Of a stretch of 32,536 nt of DNA, positions 1 to 8,494 are shown piece after piece. Source of the DNA: Bacteroidota bacterium (lineage in GTDB: Bacteria > Bacteroidota > Bacteroidia > J057). The notes beneath the pieces are model-generated. The model saw nothing but the letters and a program-made list of their open reading frames with translations. It ran no database searches and had not been told where the DNA came from. The position numbers and the translations under genes were made by a program. Within the stretch, counting starts at the first letter, position 1; each line of letters opens with the position of its first letter. The DNA lies in NCBI GenBank assembly GCA_004292985.1, contig RDXT01000797.1:1-32536 (forward strand), in the 5' to 3' direction.

Positions 1-783
1 ACTTTTCACGTTTCGGGGCAGGACCTGGCCTTTCGCCTGCTGGTGGGCGATGCGTATTACCACTTGTGGTATTTTATCCTGATTTTTCAGTTTTATCTTA
101 TCTATCCATTGATAGTCAAATGGATACACGATTCGCGATTTGAGAAACATTTCTTGCCTGCGGGCATTTTTCTCCAGATGCTCTACCTCTTTTTCCAGCC
201 CTCCCTCAGCCAGATGTGGGTATCCGCTTTTCCGGGATTCTGGGGTTATGTGCTGAATGGTTTGCTGTTCGACAAGCGGTTTTTTGTCTCCCACCTGGGT
301 TATTTCCTGCTGGGGGCATATATGGCCAGGCAAGCGGTGAAAGGAACTGAAAAGGCCTCCCTCAACCTGTCTGCGGGGCTGTTGTTGTCCGGGCTAATCG
401 TGGCAGGCATCGCGGCGGGGAGCTGGATCTGGACACAGGGCATCGCGCAATTTGGCAGCTTCAACCAGATTCCGGCCTCTTTTCTCCAGAGTAAATCCCT
501 CACAGACACACTCTTACACCTTTCCACCCTGCTCTGCCTCTGGCTGCTTCCCCTGCGCCGCACTTCTGTCTGGATACATACACTCGGAGAAGCCTCTTAC
601 GGGATATATCTGGTGCATGTCTTTGTGCTCGAAGGACTGGCTTATCTATTGACTATCAATAACATAACTCCCGACCGGGTTATCTTTTACCCCCTGCTGT
701 TTGCCGGAAGCCTCGCAGGTGCCTGGGGACTCACCCTGCTGATCGAAAAACTTCCTTTCCGAAAATACCTGATCGGTTCGTAA
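1..783 (+). CDS. acyltransferase family 3 (OafA-like) integral membrane protein, 5'-truncated by the window edge
   Basis: Frame 1 is open from nt 1 (TFHVSGQDLAFRLLVGDAYYHLWYF...), so the GTG listed at 43 is not the true start. The protein is multi-pass hydrophobic, with the YHLW(Y/F)F-type motif and the C-terminal GxxSYGIYLxH motif typical of Acyl_transf_3. Confidence 0.6.
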   Translation, partial: TFHVSGQDLAFRLLVGDAYYHLWYFILIFQFYLIYPLIVKWIHDSRFEKHFLPAGIFLQMLYLFFQPSLSQMWVSAFPGFWGYVLNGLLFDKRFFVSHLGYFLLGAYMARQAVKGTEKASLNLSAGLLLSGLIVAGIAAGSWIWTQGIAQFGSFNQIPASFLQSKSLTDTLLHLSTLLCLWLLPLRRTSVWIHTLGEASYGIYLVHVFVLEGLAYLLTINNITPDRVIFYPLLFAGSLAGAWGLTLLIEKLPFRKYLIGS

Positions 784-791
784 ATTCGCGC

Positions 792-1418
792 ATGTCCCAA
801 CGCATTTTCTACATCTACGACGCCCTTTGCGGCTGGTGTTATGGATTCAGTCCTGCGGTTCGCCGGATTTACGACACCTTTTCTCCCGAAATCCCTTTCG
901 AAATCATCAGCGGCGGCATGGTCATGGGTGCCCGCCGGGGGCCGATGACCCAGATGGCTGCCTATATCGAGCAGGCCAGCAAACGGATTACCGAAATGAC
1001 CGGGGTGGAATTCAGCCCCGCTTTCTACGAAAACATCCTCTACAACCCGCAGTACAACGGCGACTCCGAATATCCGGGTATTGCCCTGAGCCTCTTTAAA
1101 TCGCAGCGCCCCGAAGAATCCTTCGACTTTAGCGCCGCCCTGCAGAAGGCTTTGTTTATGGAGGGCAAAAGTTTGTCCGATATGGCTACCTACCATGAAA
1201 TTGCCCTGCAATTTGGCTTTGAGCCAGGGGAATTTGTCGCGGCCATGCAGCTTCCGGAGGCACGGGAAATCGCCCATTCAGAGTTTGATTGGGTCAAAGG
1301 GCTGGGGATTCAGGGTTTTCCGGCCATGGTCGGCCTCAAAGACGAAAAGCTCACGCTCCTCGCCAACGGCTGCATGCCTTTTGAAAGCGTGCAGGAGAAC
1401 ATCCTCAAGTGGAAATAA
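792..1418 (+). CDS. DsbA-family thioredoxin-fold protein
   Basis: ATG start. The N-terminal YIYDALCGWCYGF contains a CxxC (CGWC) in the position typical of DsbA/FrnE-like proteins. 208 aa. Confidence 0.65.
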   Translation: MSQRIFYIYDALCGWCYGFSPAVRRIYDTFSPEIPFEIISGGMVMGARRGPMTQMAAYIEQASKRITEMTGVEFSPAFYENILYNPQYNGDSEYPGIALSLFKSQRPEESFDFSAALQKALFMEGKSLSDMATYHEIALQFGFEPGEFVAAMQLPEAREIAHSEFDWVKGLGIQGFPAMVGLKDEKLTLLANGCMPFESVQENILKWK

Positions 1419-1633
1419 GCGCTTTCCCGCTACAGAGAAAATACATATATTAGTTCCCGGCGAGGCTATAGAGAAAAGGGACACCGTGATGGTGCCCCTT
1501 CTATGAACCAAACTACTACAAAACTGGTGAGAATTAACGTCCTGGGAAAAATAGACTTTATTTTTCCCGCATACAATATAAAAAGATTCCTTTTCTTTCC
1601 CTACTACTCTCTTTTTCATTTTATCCCCAGCCT

Positions 1634-2527
1634 ATGTCACCAAATATGAGCCGTACCGAGGCCATCCGCCTGCTCGCAGCAGCCTCGGCGGGACTAATCA
1701 TGCCTCTGAGCCTCTCTGCTACCCCCGAAACTGACAAATCTACCCCTATGACACCCCTGCCCCTCAAAGGAAATGTGAATCATTCCGCCTGCCGCTGGTG
1801 CTACGGTGGCATTCCGCTCGATGAGCTATGCGTTGCGGCCAAAGAAATGGGACTCAAAGGCATTGACCTCCTCAATCCGCCCGAATGGAAAACGGCCATC
1901 GGCCACGGACTGGCGGTCTCCATGTCCTTCGGCAGCCCCCTGGGCATCACCAAGGGTTTTAACGACCCCTCCCTGCACAAGCAGCTTCAAAAAGACTACG
2001 CCGAACTGATCCCCAAAGCAGCTGAGGCCGGGGTAAAAAATGTGATCTGCTTCTCCGGAAACCGCAACGGCATCACCGAGCAGGCCGGACTCGACAACTG
2101 CGCCCGCGGCCTCGAAGCCTCGGTAAAACTCGCTGAAAAACACGGCGTTATCCTCATGATGGAGTTGCTCAACAGCAAGGTGGACCACGCCGATTACCAG
2201 TGCGACCACACTCCCTGGGGCGTGCAACTGGCCGAGAAACTGGGTTCCCCCAACTTCAAACTCCTCTACGACATCTACCACATGCAGATCATGGAGGGAG
2301 ATGTGATCGCCACCATCCGCAAATACCACCCCTACATCGGCCACTACCACACAGGCGGCGTTCCCGGACGGCACGAGATTGACGAGTCGCAGGAGCTCTA
2401 CTACCCGGCCATCATCAAAGCCGTGCTGGAAACAGGATACAAAGGATTTGTCGCGCAGGAGTTTATCCCCGCCGGCAAAGATCCGCTGGCCTCGCTGCGT
2501 CAGGGCGTAAGCATTTGCGACGTTTAA
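1634..2527 (+). CDS. xylose-isomerase-like TIM-barrel protein (hydroxypyruvate isomerase family), secreted
   Basis: ATG start with a hydrophobic N-terminal signal-like segment (AIRLLAAASAGLIMPLSLSA). The motifs NHSACRWCY, MELLNSKVDH, YDIYHMQIMEGD and GHYHTGG..GRHE resemble Hyi/AP-endonuclease-2 TIM-barrel proteins. Confidence 0.6.
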   Translation: MSPNMSRTEAIRLLAAASAGLIMPLSLSATPETDKSTPMTPLPLKGNVNHSACRWCYGGIPLDELCVAAKEMGLKGIDLLNPPEWKTAIGHGLAVSMSFGSPLGITKGFNDPSLHKQLQKDYAELIPKAAEAGVKNVICFSGNRNGITEQAGLDNCARGLEASVKLAEKHGVILMMELLNSKVDHADYQCDHTPWGVQLAEKLGSPNFKLLYDIYHMQIMEGDVIATIRKYHPYIGHYHTGGVPGRHEIDESQELYYPAIIKAVLETGYKGFVAQEFIPAGKDPLASLRQGVSICDV

Positions 2528-2622
2528 GCGTATTGGCCGAAACGTAATAAAGTACCTTTTATCGTAATTTTAAATTATTAAAATTTACGGAAATTGCTGC
2601 TTGTTCTTCCAAAGGCAAGCAG

Positions 2623-4221
2623 ATGAATCAACGTTTACTTTTCCGGAGATGCAGGACCATGATAGGATTCCTTCTGGCCCTGCACTCTCATATCAGCGCC
2701 CAGAACGCCAGCCAGACCGCCGCCTATCTCAATGACATTGTGGCGAGTCTCGGGCGCAGGGTGGAGCTGCAATGGGCTTTGCACAAGGATGTGGAAGCGT
2801 TTAATGAGTCCATGAACCGTTATTACCGCCAGGCGCCCCTCGACGAGCCGGGCAGAGCGGCTTATGGGGAAAAATTAACGTTTCAGCCCACCGCCTTTGC
2901 CGCGATATGGGGCGCATCGGCCCGCAAGGCAGGCGATCTGGACTCGCTTCTCCAGCGGGTGTCCACCCTTCCCGACGAGCGCGAAGCGGCCGTGGCAGAA
3001 AAACTCAGCCAGCTCCGGCGGCTCCATGAGCAATTGTTCCAGTTGGTGGCGCGCCTCGAAGCCTATACCACCACCGCCGACTACCGGGAGGACATGCACC
3101 TCGAACAAGGCTATGGATACATCAGCCGCCTGGCCATTTTGTATGAAGACTTCTCCAATGTGAGCGCCCGCCTCCAGTTCGACCTGCAGGAGGTGCGCAA
3201 TGCCCTCGCGCCTGCCGATGGCCCGGAGCCCTATGCGGCAGTGCAGCGCGAACTGATGCCCCTGCTGCGCCACTCCCGGAGTCTGCTCTATGCGGTGCGC
3301 CAGGGAGACACCGCCGAGGTGCGCAGGCAAAGCCTGACCCTTGTCAAAAGCATCAACCTGGCGGCAGGGCGAAAAGCGGCAACCCTGAAATCCATTGTCC
3401 CGCCGCCGGGCCAGAATCCGCTTGCAGCCTATGAGGCCGTGCTGAGCCAGGCACGCGAGCTGCGCAGCATGGCCCTCGACTACCTGGGCGGAGCAGCAGT
3501 GGGAGCTTCCTGGCAGGCCTATGAAAGGGAGTATTTTTTCTTTAATCAATTGATGGTCAATAAATTCAGCAGGCCAGGAGAAAGCGTTACGGCCAGTTGG
3601 AACCGGATCGCGCGGATGGCCGACCTTCCCCTGCTCTGCGTTTCAGGGGAAGTAAACTGGGTATTTGCCCTGGTTCCGCCCCGGCGCTCTCTGGCGACCC
3701 GGGCGGTTGCCGCTGCGCCAGAGGGTCGAAATCTGGTCGTTTTGCTCGACATCTCAGGCTCTATGGGTCGGCCCGAAAAACTGCCCCTGGCCCGGAAAAC
3801 GCTGGCGGAGCTTGTCGCAGACCTGCAAGCCAATGACCGGATATCGCTGGTAACCTTTACCGAAACAGCGCAGGTACAGCAGGTGTCTGCCGACAATTCT
3901 TCACGTAATTCATTGATTTCCAGCCTTTCCAATCTAAAACCCGAAGGAGGAAGCGAAATCGTTCCCGGCCTGGAACTGGCCTATGCGGAGCTGGCACAGC
4001 ACAGCGCAGCCGGAAAGCGAAGCGAAGTTTTGCTCATCACTGATGGCGGTTTTGACCTGCCCGAAACCCTCGCCCCCCTGATCCGGAGCCAGCAGGAGGC
4101 GGGCATCCACCTCTCCACGCGCTATGTAGGCGTTGAAGAAGCCCGGATGGCGCCCCGTCTGCGGCGTATGGCCGAACTGGGTGGCGGAGACTACCGCTAC
4201 CTTCAGCAGACATTCCGCTGA
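2623..4221 (+). CDS. secreted von Willebrand factor type A (vWA) domain protein with a long helical N-terminal domain
   Basis: ATG start and a signal peptide ending ...HSHISAQ. The C-terminal third carries a MIDAS-type motif LVVLLDISGSMG (DxSxS), then TF/T and LITDG motifs typical of vWA. The N-terminal ~340 aa are helical and I cannot assign them. Confidence 0.65.
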   Translation: MNQRLLFRRCRTMIGFLLALHSHISAQNASQTAAYLNDIVASLGRRVELQWALHKDVEAFNESMNRYYRQAPLDEPGRAAYGEKLTFQPTAFAAIWGASARKAGDLDSLLQRVSTLPDEREAAVAEKLSQLRRLHEQLFQLVARLEAYTTTADYREDMHLEQGYGYISRLAILYEDFSNVSARLQFDLQEVRNALAPADGPEPYAAVQRELMPLLRHSRSLLYAVRQGDTAEVRRQSLTLVKSINLAAGRKAATLKSIVPPPGQNPLAAYEAVLSQARELRSMALDYLGGAAVGASWQAYEREYFFFNQLMVNKFSRPGESVTASWNRIARMADLPLLCVSGEVNWVFALVPPRRSLATRAVAAAPEGRNLVVLLDISGSMGRPEKLPLARKTLAELVADLQANDRISLVTFTETAQVQQVSADNSSRNSLISSLSNLKPEGGSEIVPGLELAYAELAQHSAAGKRSEVLLITDGGFDLPETLAPLIRSQQEAGIHLSTRYVGVEEARMAPRLRRMAELGGGDYRYLQQTFR

Positions 4222-4254
4222 AACCCGAACCCCATTTTTCCCCGTATAAGACAC

Positions 4255-4908
4255 ATGCGGTATTTCCTGTTCCTGCTGCCTTTTGTGGCGCTTCTCCCGC
4301 TTCGCGCGCAGACACATGTGGCCCCCGCCGATGGCGATCTGGGCATTCCCGGACGTGAGGCGCATTCGTTTTTGCTCTTCTGGAGCCGGGCCGACTCTGC
4401 CATCGGGTACGAGTATGTGCTGAGCGACAATTTTGTCTGTACGGCGGGCTGTGCGGGCGATACGCGCGAAGCCTTTGTAGCGGATACATTTACCGTGGAA
4501 TATGACCTGATCGAAGGCAAAACCTACTACTGGATCACGCGCATCCTCTACCCCAACAGCGCCAGCCAGTGGACGCTTCCGAGCGATTTTTACACCTATA
4601 CCCCTGAGCAAAAGCCTCTTGCGAAACTGGCCCCCAGCCCGGCACAGGCCTCAGATCTCCGGATTTTGCTCGACTGGACAGGCGCTTACCAGGCAGGCAG
4701 CCTCGAAATGCAGCTCTACGATCCGCAGGGACGCAGCCAGGGCCTGCCGATAATGATAGAGCGGCCCCGGCAGGGACAACGTTTTCAGACCCTCACACCC
4801 GAAGTGGCGGGACTTTCACCGGGCCTGTATTTCGCTGTGTTTCAGCCCCGCCACCAGGAAGGAAGCACGCTGCGGCCTTTTGTGCAAAAAGTGCTGATTA
4901 CCGAGTAA
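4255..4908 (+). CDS. small secreted protein with a probable T9SS (Por) C-terminal sorting domain
   Basis: ATG start and signal peptide MRYFLFLLPFVALLPLRAQ. The last ~80 aa (LEMQLYDPQGR...GLSPGLYFAVF...VQKVLI) match the beta-sandwich pattern of T9SS type A CTDs. It lies 33 nt downstream of the vWA gene. Confidence 0.5.
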   Translation: MRYFLFLLPFVALLPLRAQTHVAPADGDLGIPGREAHSFLLFWSRADSAIGYEYVLSDNFVCTAGCAGDTREAFVADTFTVEYDLIEGKTYYWITRILYPNSASQWTLPSDFYTYTPEQKPLAKLAPSPAQASDLRILLDWTGAYQAGSLEMQLYDPQGRSQGLPIMIERPRQGQRFQTLTPEVAGLSPGLYFAVFQPRHQEGSTLRPFVQKVLITE

Positions 4909-4956
4909 TGATATCGCTTTTCCTGTAATTTGGGGCAGCATTTTAACTGGCTGTTC

Positions 4957-5571
4957 ATGCACCCTTTTCCCGTCAAAAACCTGCTCATTGACCTCGGCGA
5001 TGTCCTGTATGCCATAGACATCAAAAGTACCCTCGACAAATATGCCCTGCTGGCCCGCGACAAGGGCACCCGCATAGAGTTCAGCAAAAGTGGCCAGAAT
5101 GAATGGTTTTCGCTGCTGGACACGGGTAAAGTGGAGATAGACGAATTTGCAGCGGGTCTGCGCGAGGACTTTAACCTCGATGCAGACATCGAAACGATCA
5201 AACGCATCTGGCTTGAGCTATTGGTGGGGGTAATTCCGGGGCGCGAAGCGCTGCTGCGTCAGTTGGGCCAGCGATACCGCCTCGCACTGCTGAGCAATAC
5301 CAGCCGCTACCATTTCCAGCACTTCAGCCCCCAATGCAAGCCCCTCTTCGACCAGATGGACCACCTCTTTTTGTCCTTCGAAATGGGCCTGCGCAAACCC
5401 CATCCGGAAATCTACCTCGCTGCCCTCGAAAGCGCAGGCTGGAAAGCCGAAGAAACCCTTTTTCTCGACGATTCGCATCCCAATATTCAGACAGCCGAAA
5501 CCCTGGGCCTGCGCACCTGGTGGATCGAGCGGCACGAAGATTTTGAGCGCATGGCGGAGGTGTATGGGTGA
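4957..5571 (+). CDS. HAD-superfamily hydrolase (subfamily IA-like phosphatase)
   Basis: The ORF-track start at 4930 is TTG. The first ATG (4957) gives MHPFPVKNLLIDLGDVL. HAD motifs are present: I (IDLGDVL), II (LLSNTS), III (RKPHPEIY) and IV (FLDDS). Confidence 0.7.
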   Translation: MHPFPVKNLLIDLGDVLYAIDIKSTLDKYALLARDKGTRIEFSKSGQNEWFSLLDTGKVEIDEFAAGLREDFNLDADIETIKRIWLELLVGVIPGREALLRQLGQRYRLALLSNTSRYHFQHFSPQCKPLFDQMDHLFLSFEMGLRKPHPEIYLAALESAGWKAEETLFLDDSHPNIQTAETLGLRTWWIERHEDFERMAEVYG

Positions 5572-5607
5572 GTAAAGATACTCAGCTCCTGTTGTGCCTA
5601 ACACCCG

Positions 5608-6741
5608 TTACCTGCTGTTTTTGGCTTCCAGCTCCAATAAATACTTCTTCCGCCATAGTCCACCGCCATAGCCTGTCAGTTGGCCATCTGAGCCAATAAC
5701 CCTATGGCAAGGAATTAAAATCGAAATTCTATTCATTCCGTTTGCATTGCCTACTGCTCTGATGCTTTCCGGTCTTCCAATAGCAATTGCTTGCTCTTTA
5801 TACGATTTTGTTTGTCCATAAGGAATATGTCGTAGTGCTTCCCAAACCCTATTTTGAAAGTCAGTACCCGGGGTGTGCAATGGGACAGAAAAATCTGCTC
5901 GTTTCCCATCAAAATATTCGCTCAGCTGAATTTCTAATAAATCAAAATACTTGTTACTTCCCTGAATAATTACTGCATTCAAAAGCCTGGCAATTGATTT
6001 TAACTCCGTTTCCAGCATTTTTCTGTCCGTAAATTCTAACAGGCAAATTCCCTGCTTGCTTGCACAGGCAAGCATTGTTCCTAACGGTGTTTCCAATCGT
6101 TTGAGGTCAACGATGTTCTTTTGCTTTCCACTTTTGGGGGAAACGCCAAAAATATTTTTAAAGCTCTCTCCAAAACCACTTAGGGATTCAAACCCAAGGT
6201 CAAAAGCTGTTTGTGTAACACTCTCGCCGCCTTGTATTTTTTTAAATGCCGAATTTATCCTGAACATCCTCTGATAAGCGTGAAATGTAATCCCGTGATT
6301 CTTTAAAAACCATCTTCTTATTTGACTCGGTTCTATTCCTCTTTTCTTTAAGTCGTAATCCTTGAATTTCAGAGATGGATTTTGAGAAAGTTCATCTATT
6401 ACTGTTTGATACAAATCAGGGGTTTTATGTACATTTTCCAACGGATTACAAACCTTACAGGGCCTGTATCCCTTCAGGATACATTCTTTCGTAGTGGTAA
6501 AAAATTCCACATTTTCAAATTTAGGCTTTCTTGCCGAACAAGTTGGACGGCAAAAAATTCCTGTAGTTTTAACAGCGGTAAAAAAGACACCTTCAAAACA
6601 TGCGTCTTTCTCAATAATTGCCTGGTACATTATTTCTACTGTCAATTTCATATTGAAAAAACTGAATGAACTGATGTTCTCCGCAACATCAGTTGCATTT
6701 TCTCGATCTTCCAACTCTTTGAATGTTGAATACGGGGTCAT
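5608..6741 (-). CDS. ada: bifunctional Ada-type regulator / methylated-DNA-protein-cysteine methyltransferase (Ada Zn-binding + AraC HTH + Ogt domains)
   Basis: Three domains are recognisable.
- Ada N-terminal Zn domain: FFTAVKTTGIFCRPTCSARKP...GYRPCKVCNP.
- A central AraC-type HTH region.
- A C-terminal MGMT active site IPCHRVIG.
The listed start at 6768 is TTG and lies upstream of the predicted -7 box. The first ATG is 6741, and alternative starts at 6651 or 6630 fit Ada N-termini better. The gene is strongly AT-rich relative to its neighbours. Confidence 0.8.
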   Translation of the reverse strand: MTPYSTFKELEDRENATDVAENISSFSFFNMKLTVEIMYQAIIEKDACFEGVFFTAVKTTGIFCRPTCSARKPKFENVEFFTTTKECILKGYRPCKVCNPLENVHKTPDLYQTVIDELSQNPSLKFKDYDLKKRGIEPSQIRRWFLKNHGITFHAYQRMFRINSAFKKIQGGESVTQTAFDLGFESLSGFGESFKNIFGVSPKSGKQKNIVDLKRLETPLGTMLACASKQGICLLEFTDRKMLETELKSIARLLNAVIIQGSNKYFDLLEIQLSEYFDGKRADFSVPLHTPGTDFQNRVWEALRHIPYGQTKSYKEQAIAIGRPESIRAVGNANGMNRISILIPCHRVIGSDGQLTGYGGGLWRKKYLLELEAKNSR

Positions 6742-6765
6742 TTGTTTTCTCTTCGTTTGTTTGGG

Positions 6766-6797
6766 CAAAGATATTCCTGCTCCACGCTATGCAACAA
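6766..6797 (-). promoter_or_regulatory. Bacteroidota-type promoter for the ada-like gene (TTG-N18-TATCTTTG)
   Basis: The minus strand reads cggTTGTTGcatagcgtggagcaggaaTATCTTTGccc. It has a perfect TAnnTTTG -7 box (6766-6773) and a TTG about 18 nt upstream (6792-6797). Confidence 0.45.
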
Positions 6798-6909
6798 CCG
6801 AAAAATTGACACGTATTTTTTTGAACCGTCGGGGCTTAGCTTTCTCCCCTCACCTCCCGGAAGCGCTCGATCCCTGCCACCAGATTTTCGATGATCTCCA
6901 TTAAAACCC

Positions 6910-7497
6910 CTACCCCATCTCCTCCCAAACCCTCCGGCTAAGCTCAGGCACCACCTCCTGCTCAAACCAGGGGTTTTGAAGCCGCCAGCCGATGTTGCGG
7001 GGCGAAGGGTGTGGCAGCGGGAAAACGCCTTGTCCGATGTATTTTTCCCACTGTTTGACGGTCTGGGCGAGGCTGCCGCCGGGCATGCCGCCGAGGTGGT
7101 AGCGGATGGCATATTGCCCCACGGCGAGGATCAGCCGCACGTCTTTCAGTTCGCCCATCAGGCGGGAGCGCCACAGCGGCGCGCACTCCGGACGCGGAGG
7201 CAGGTCGCCGCGCGTGCCCTTGCCCGGATAGCAAAACCCCAGCGGAGCAATGGCGATCCGTCCTTCATCATAAAAGGTATCTCTGTCCATCTGGAGCCAG
7301 TTGCGGAGGCGGTCGCCGCTGAGGTCATTCCACGGAATGCCCGTAGCATGCACCTTCGTACCCGGCGCCTGGCCTGCGATCAGGATACGGGCCGTAGCCG
7401 TAGCCCGCAACACAGGCTGCGGACCCAGGGGCAGATGCGCCTCGCATACGCGGCAGGCGCGAATCTCTGCCAGCAACTCATCGAGGCTCCGGGACAT
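6910..7497 (-). CDS. uracil-DNA glycosylase superfamily protein
   Basis: ATG start. It has an N-terminal C-x2-C (CRVCE) followed by ILIAGQAPG (the GxAPG motif of UDG families 4/5-like) and a C-terminal HPSPRN motif. 195 aa. Confidence 0.65.
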   Translation of the reverse strand: MSRSLDELLAEIRACRVCEAHLPLGPQPVLRATATARILIAGQAPGTKVHATGIPWNDLSGDRLRNWLQMDRDTFYDEGRIAIAPLGFCYPGKGTRGDLPPRPECAPLWRSRLMGELKDVRLILAVGQYAIRYHLGGMPGGSLAQTVKQWEKYIGQGVFPLPHPSPRNIGWRLQNPWFEQEVVPELSRRVWEEMG

Positions 7498-7524
7498 CCT
7501 TCACGACTTATATTCAACCACTTC

Positions 7525-8403
7525 TCAGGCCTTGTCTTCTTCATTCGCCGCGGTCTTCGCCACAGCCTTCTCGGCTTTCTCCCGCTCCGCTCTTTCCTTC
7601 TCGGCTCTCTCTTTCTCGGCCTTTTCTTCTTCTTTCTGCTGACGGTCGCGCTGCCGCACAGCAATCGCCGAGATGCCGATGCTCACCTCATACAAAATCT
7701 GCAAAGGGATAAAGATCAGAATCTGGCTCAGCCAGTCCGGAGGGGTAATCACCGCAGCCACGACCAGCAGGACCACAATCGCATGGCGACGGTAGGTGCG
7801 CAAAAACTCAGGTGAAATCACCCCCATCCGGGAGAGATAGTAGGCAACCACAGGCATCTCAAATACAATGCCCCCGCCCAGTGCAATCTGGGTAACCATC
7901 GAAATCACCTCGCCGATCCGCCACTGGTTTTCTACGTTGTCCGATATTTTAAAGCTGGAAAGAAATTGCACCGAAAATGGCGTGATGACATAGTAGGAGA
8001 ATGCCACACCCGCAAAAAACAGCACGCTCATCACAAAAATATTGCCCTGAAGGCCTCCCCGCTCCGTAGGTTTCAGACCCGGCTTCACAAAACGCCAGAT
8101 CTCCCACAGAAAATAGGGAAACGAAAAGATGAATCCGGCGATCAGACCAATGGTAATGGACTTGAGAAACTGCTCGTAGGGGCTGATGGAAATAAAAATC
8201 ACATCTATCTTGTCGAAGCAGAGTGCCTGCTGTATCTGGCACAGTAAACGGTTGGTCGGAAACTCCGGACGGAAAGGAGCCAGAATCACATCGTCGAGCA
8301 GCCATTTCATGTTGAAATACATGACAACGGCAATAATAACAATCATGGCCAGGCTCCGAAGCAGGTGCCAGCGTAACTCTTCAAGATGGTCGAGAAAGGA
8401 CAT
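7525..8403 (-). CDS. tatC: twin-arginine translocase subunit TatC with a charged repeat tail
   Basis: MSFLDHLEELRWHLLRS is the canonical TatC N-terminus, followed by six TM segments. The longer ORF start (ATG 8511) sits in the loop of the glyA terminator hairpin, so I prefer 8403. The C-terminus carries a KAEKE/RAEKE/RAERE/KAEKA repeat. Confidence 0.8.
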   Translation of the reverse strand: MSFLDHLEELRWHLLRSLAMIVIIAVVMYFNMKWLLDDVILAPFRPEFPTNRLLCQIQQALCFDKIDVIFISISPYEQFLKSITIGLIAGFIFSFPYFLWEIWRFVKPGLKPTERGGLQGNIFVMSVLFFAGVAFSYYVITPFSVQFLSSFKISDNVENQWRIGEVISMVTQIALGGGIVFEMPVVAYYLSRMGVISPEFLRTYRRHAIVVLLVVAAVITPPDWLSQILIFIPLQILYEVSIGISAIAVRQRDRQQKEEEKAEKERAEKERAEREKAEKAVAKTAANEEDKA

Positions 8404-8494
8404 TTCCTTTTCTTCCTCCTCTGCAGAAGGGTCCTTTTCTTTCTGCCGAAACGTCTTAAACTGGGATATCAGACTCACAGGACAGCTATTAATT

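Noticed and set aside
1278-1619. A 113-aa minus-strand ORF spanning the DsbA 3' end and the 1419-1633 spacer. The spacer also contains an imperfect hairpin (AAGGGACACC-gtgat-GGTGCCCCTT, about 1473-1497).
   Set aside because: The ORF overlaps the well-supported DsbA-family CDS antisense and has no motifs. The hairpin has a mismatch and no downstream U-tract on the plus strand. The U-tract lies on the minus strand, where no gene needs terminating. I do not call it a terminator.
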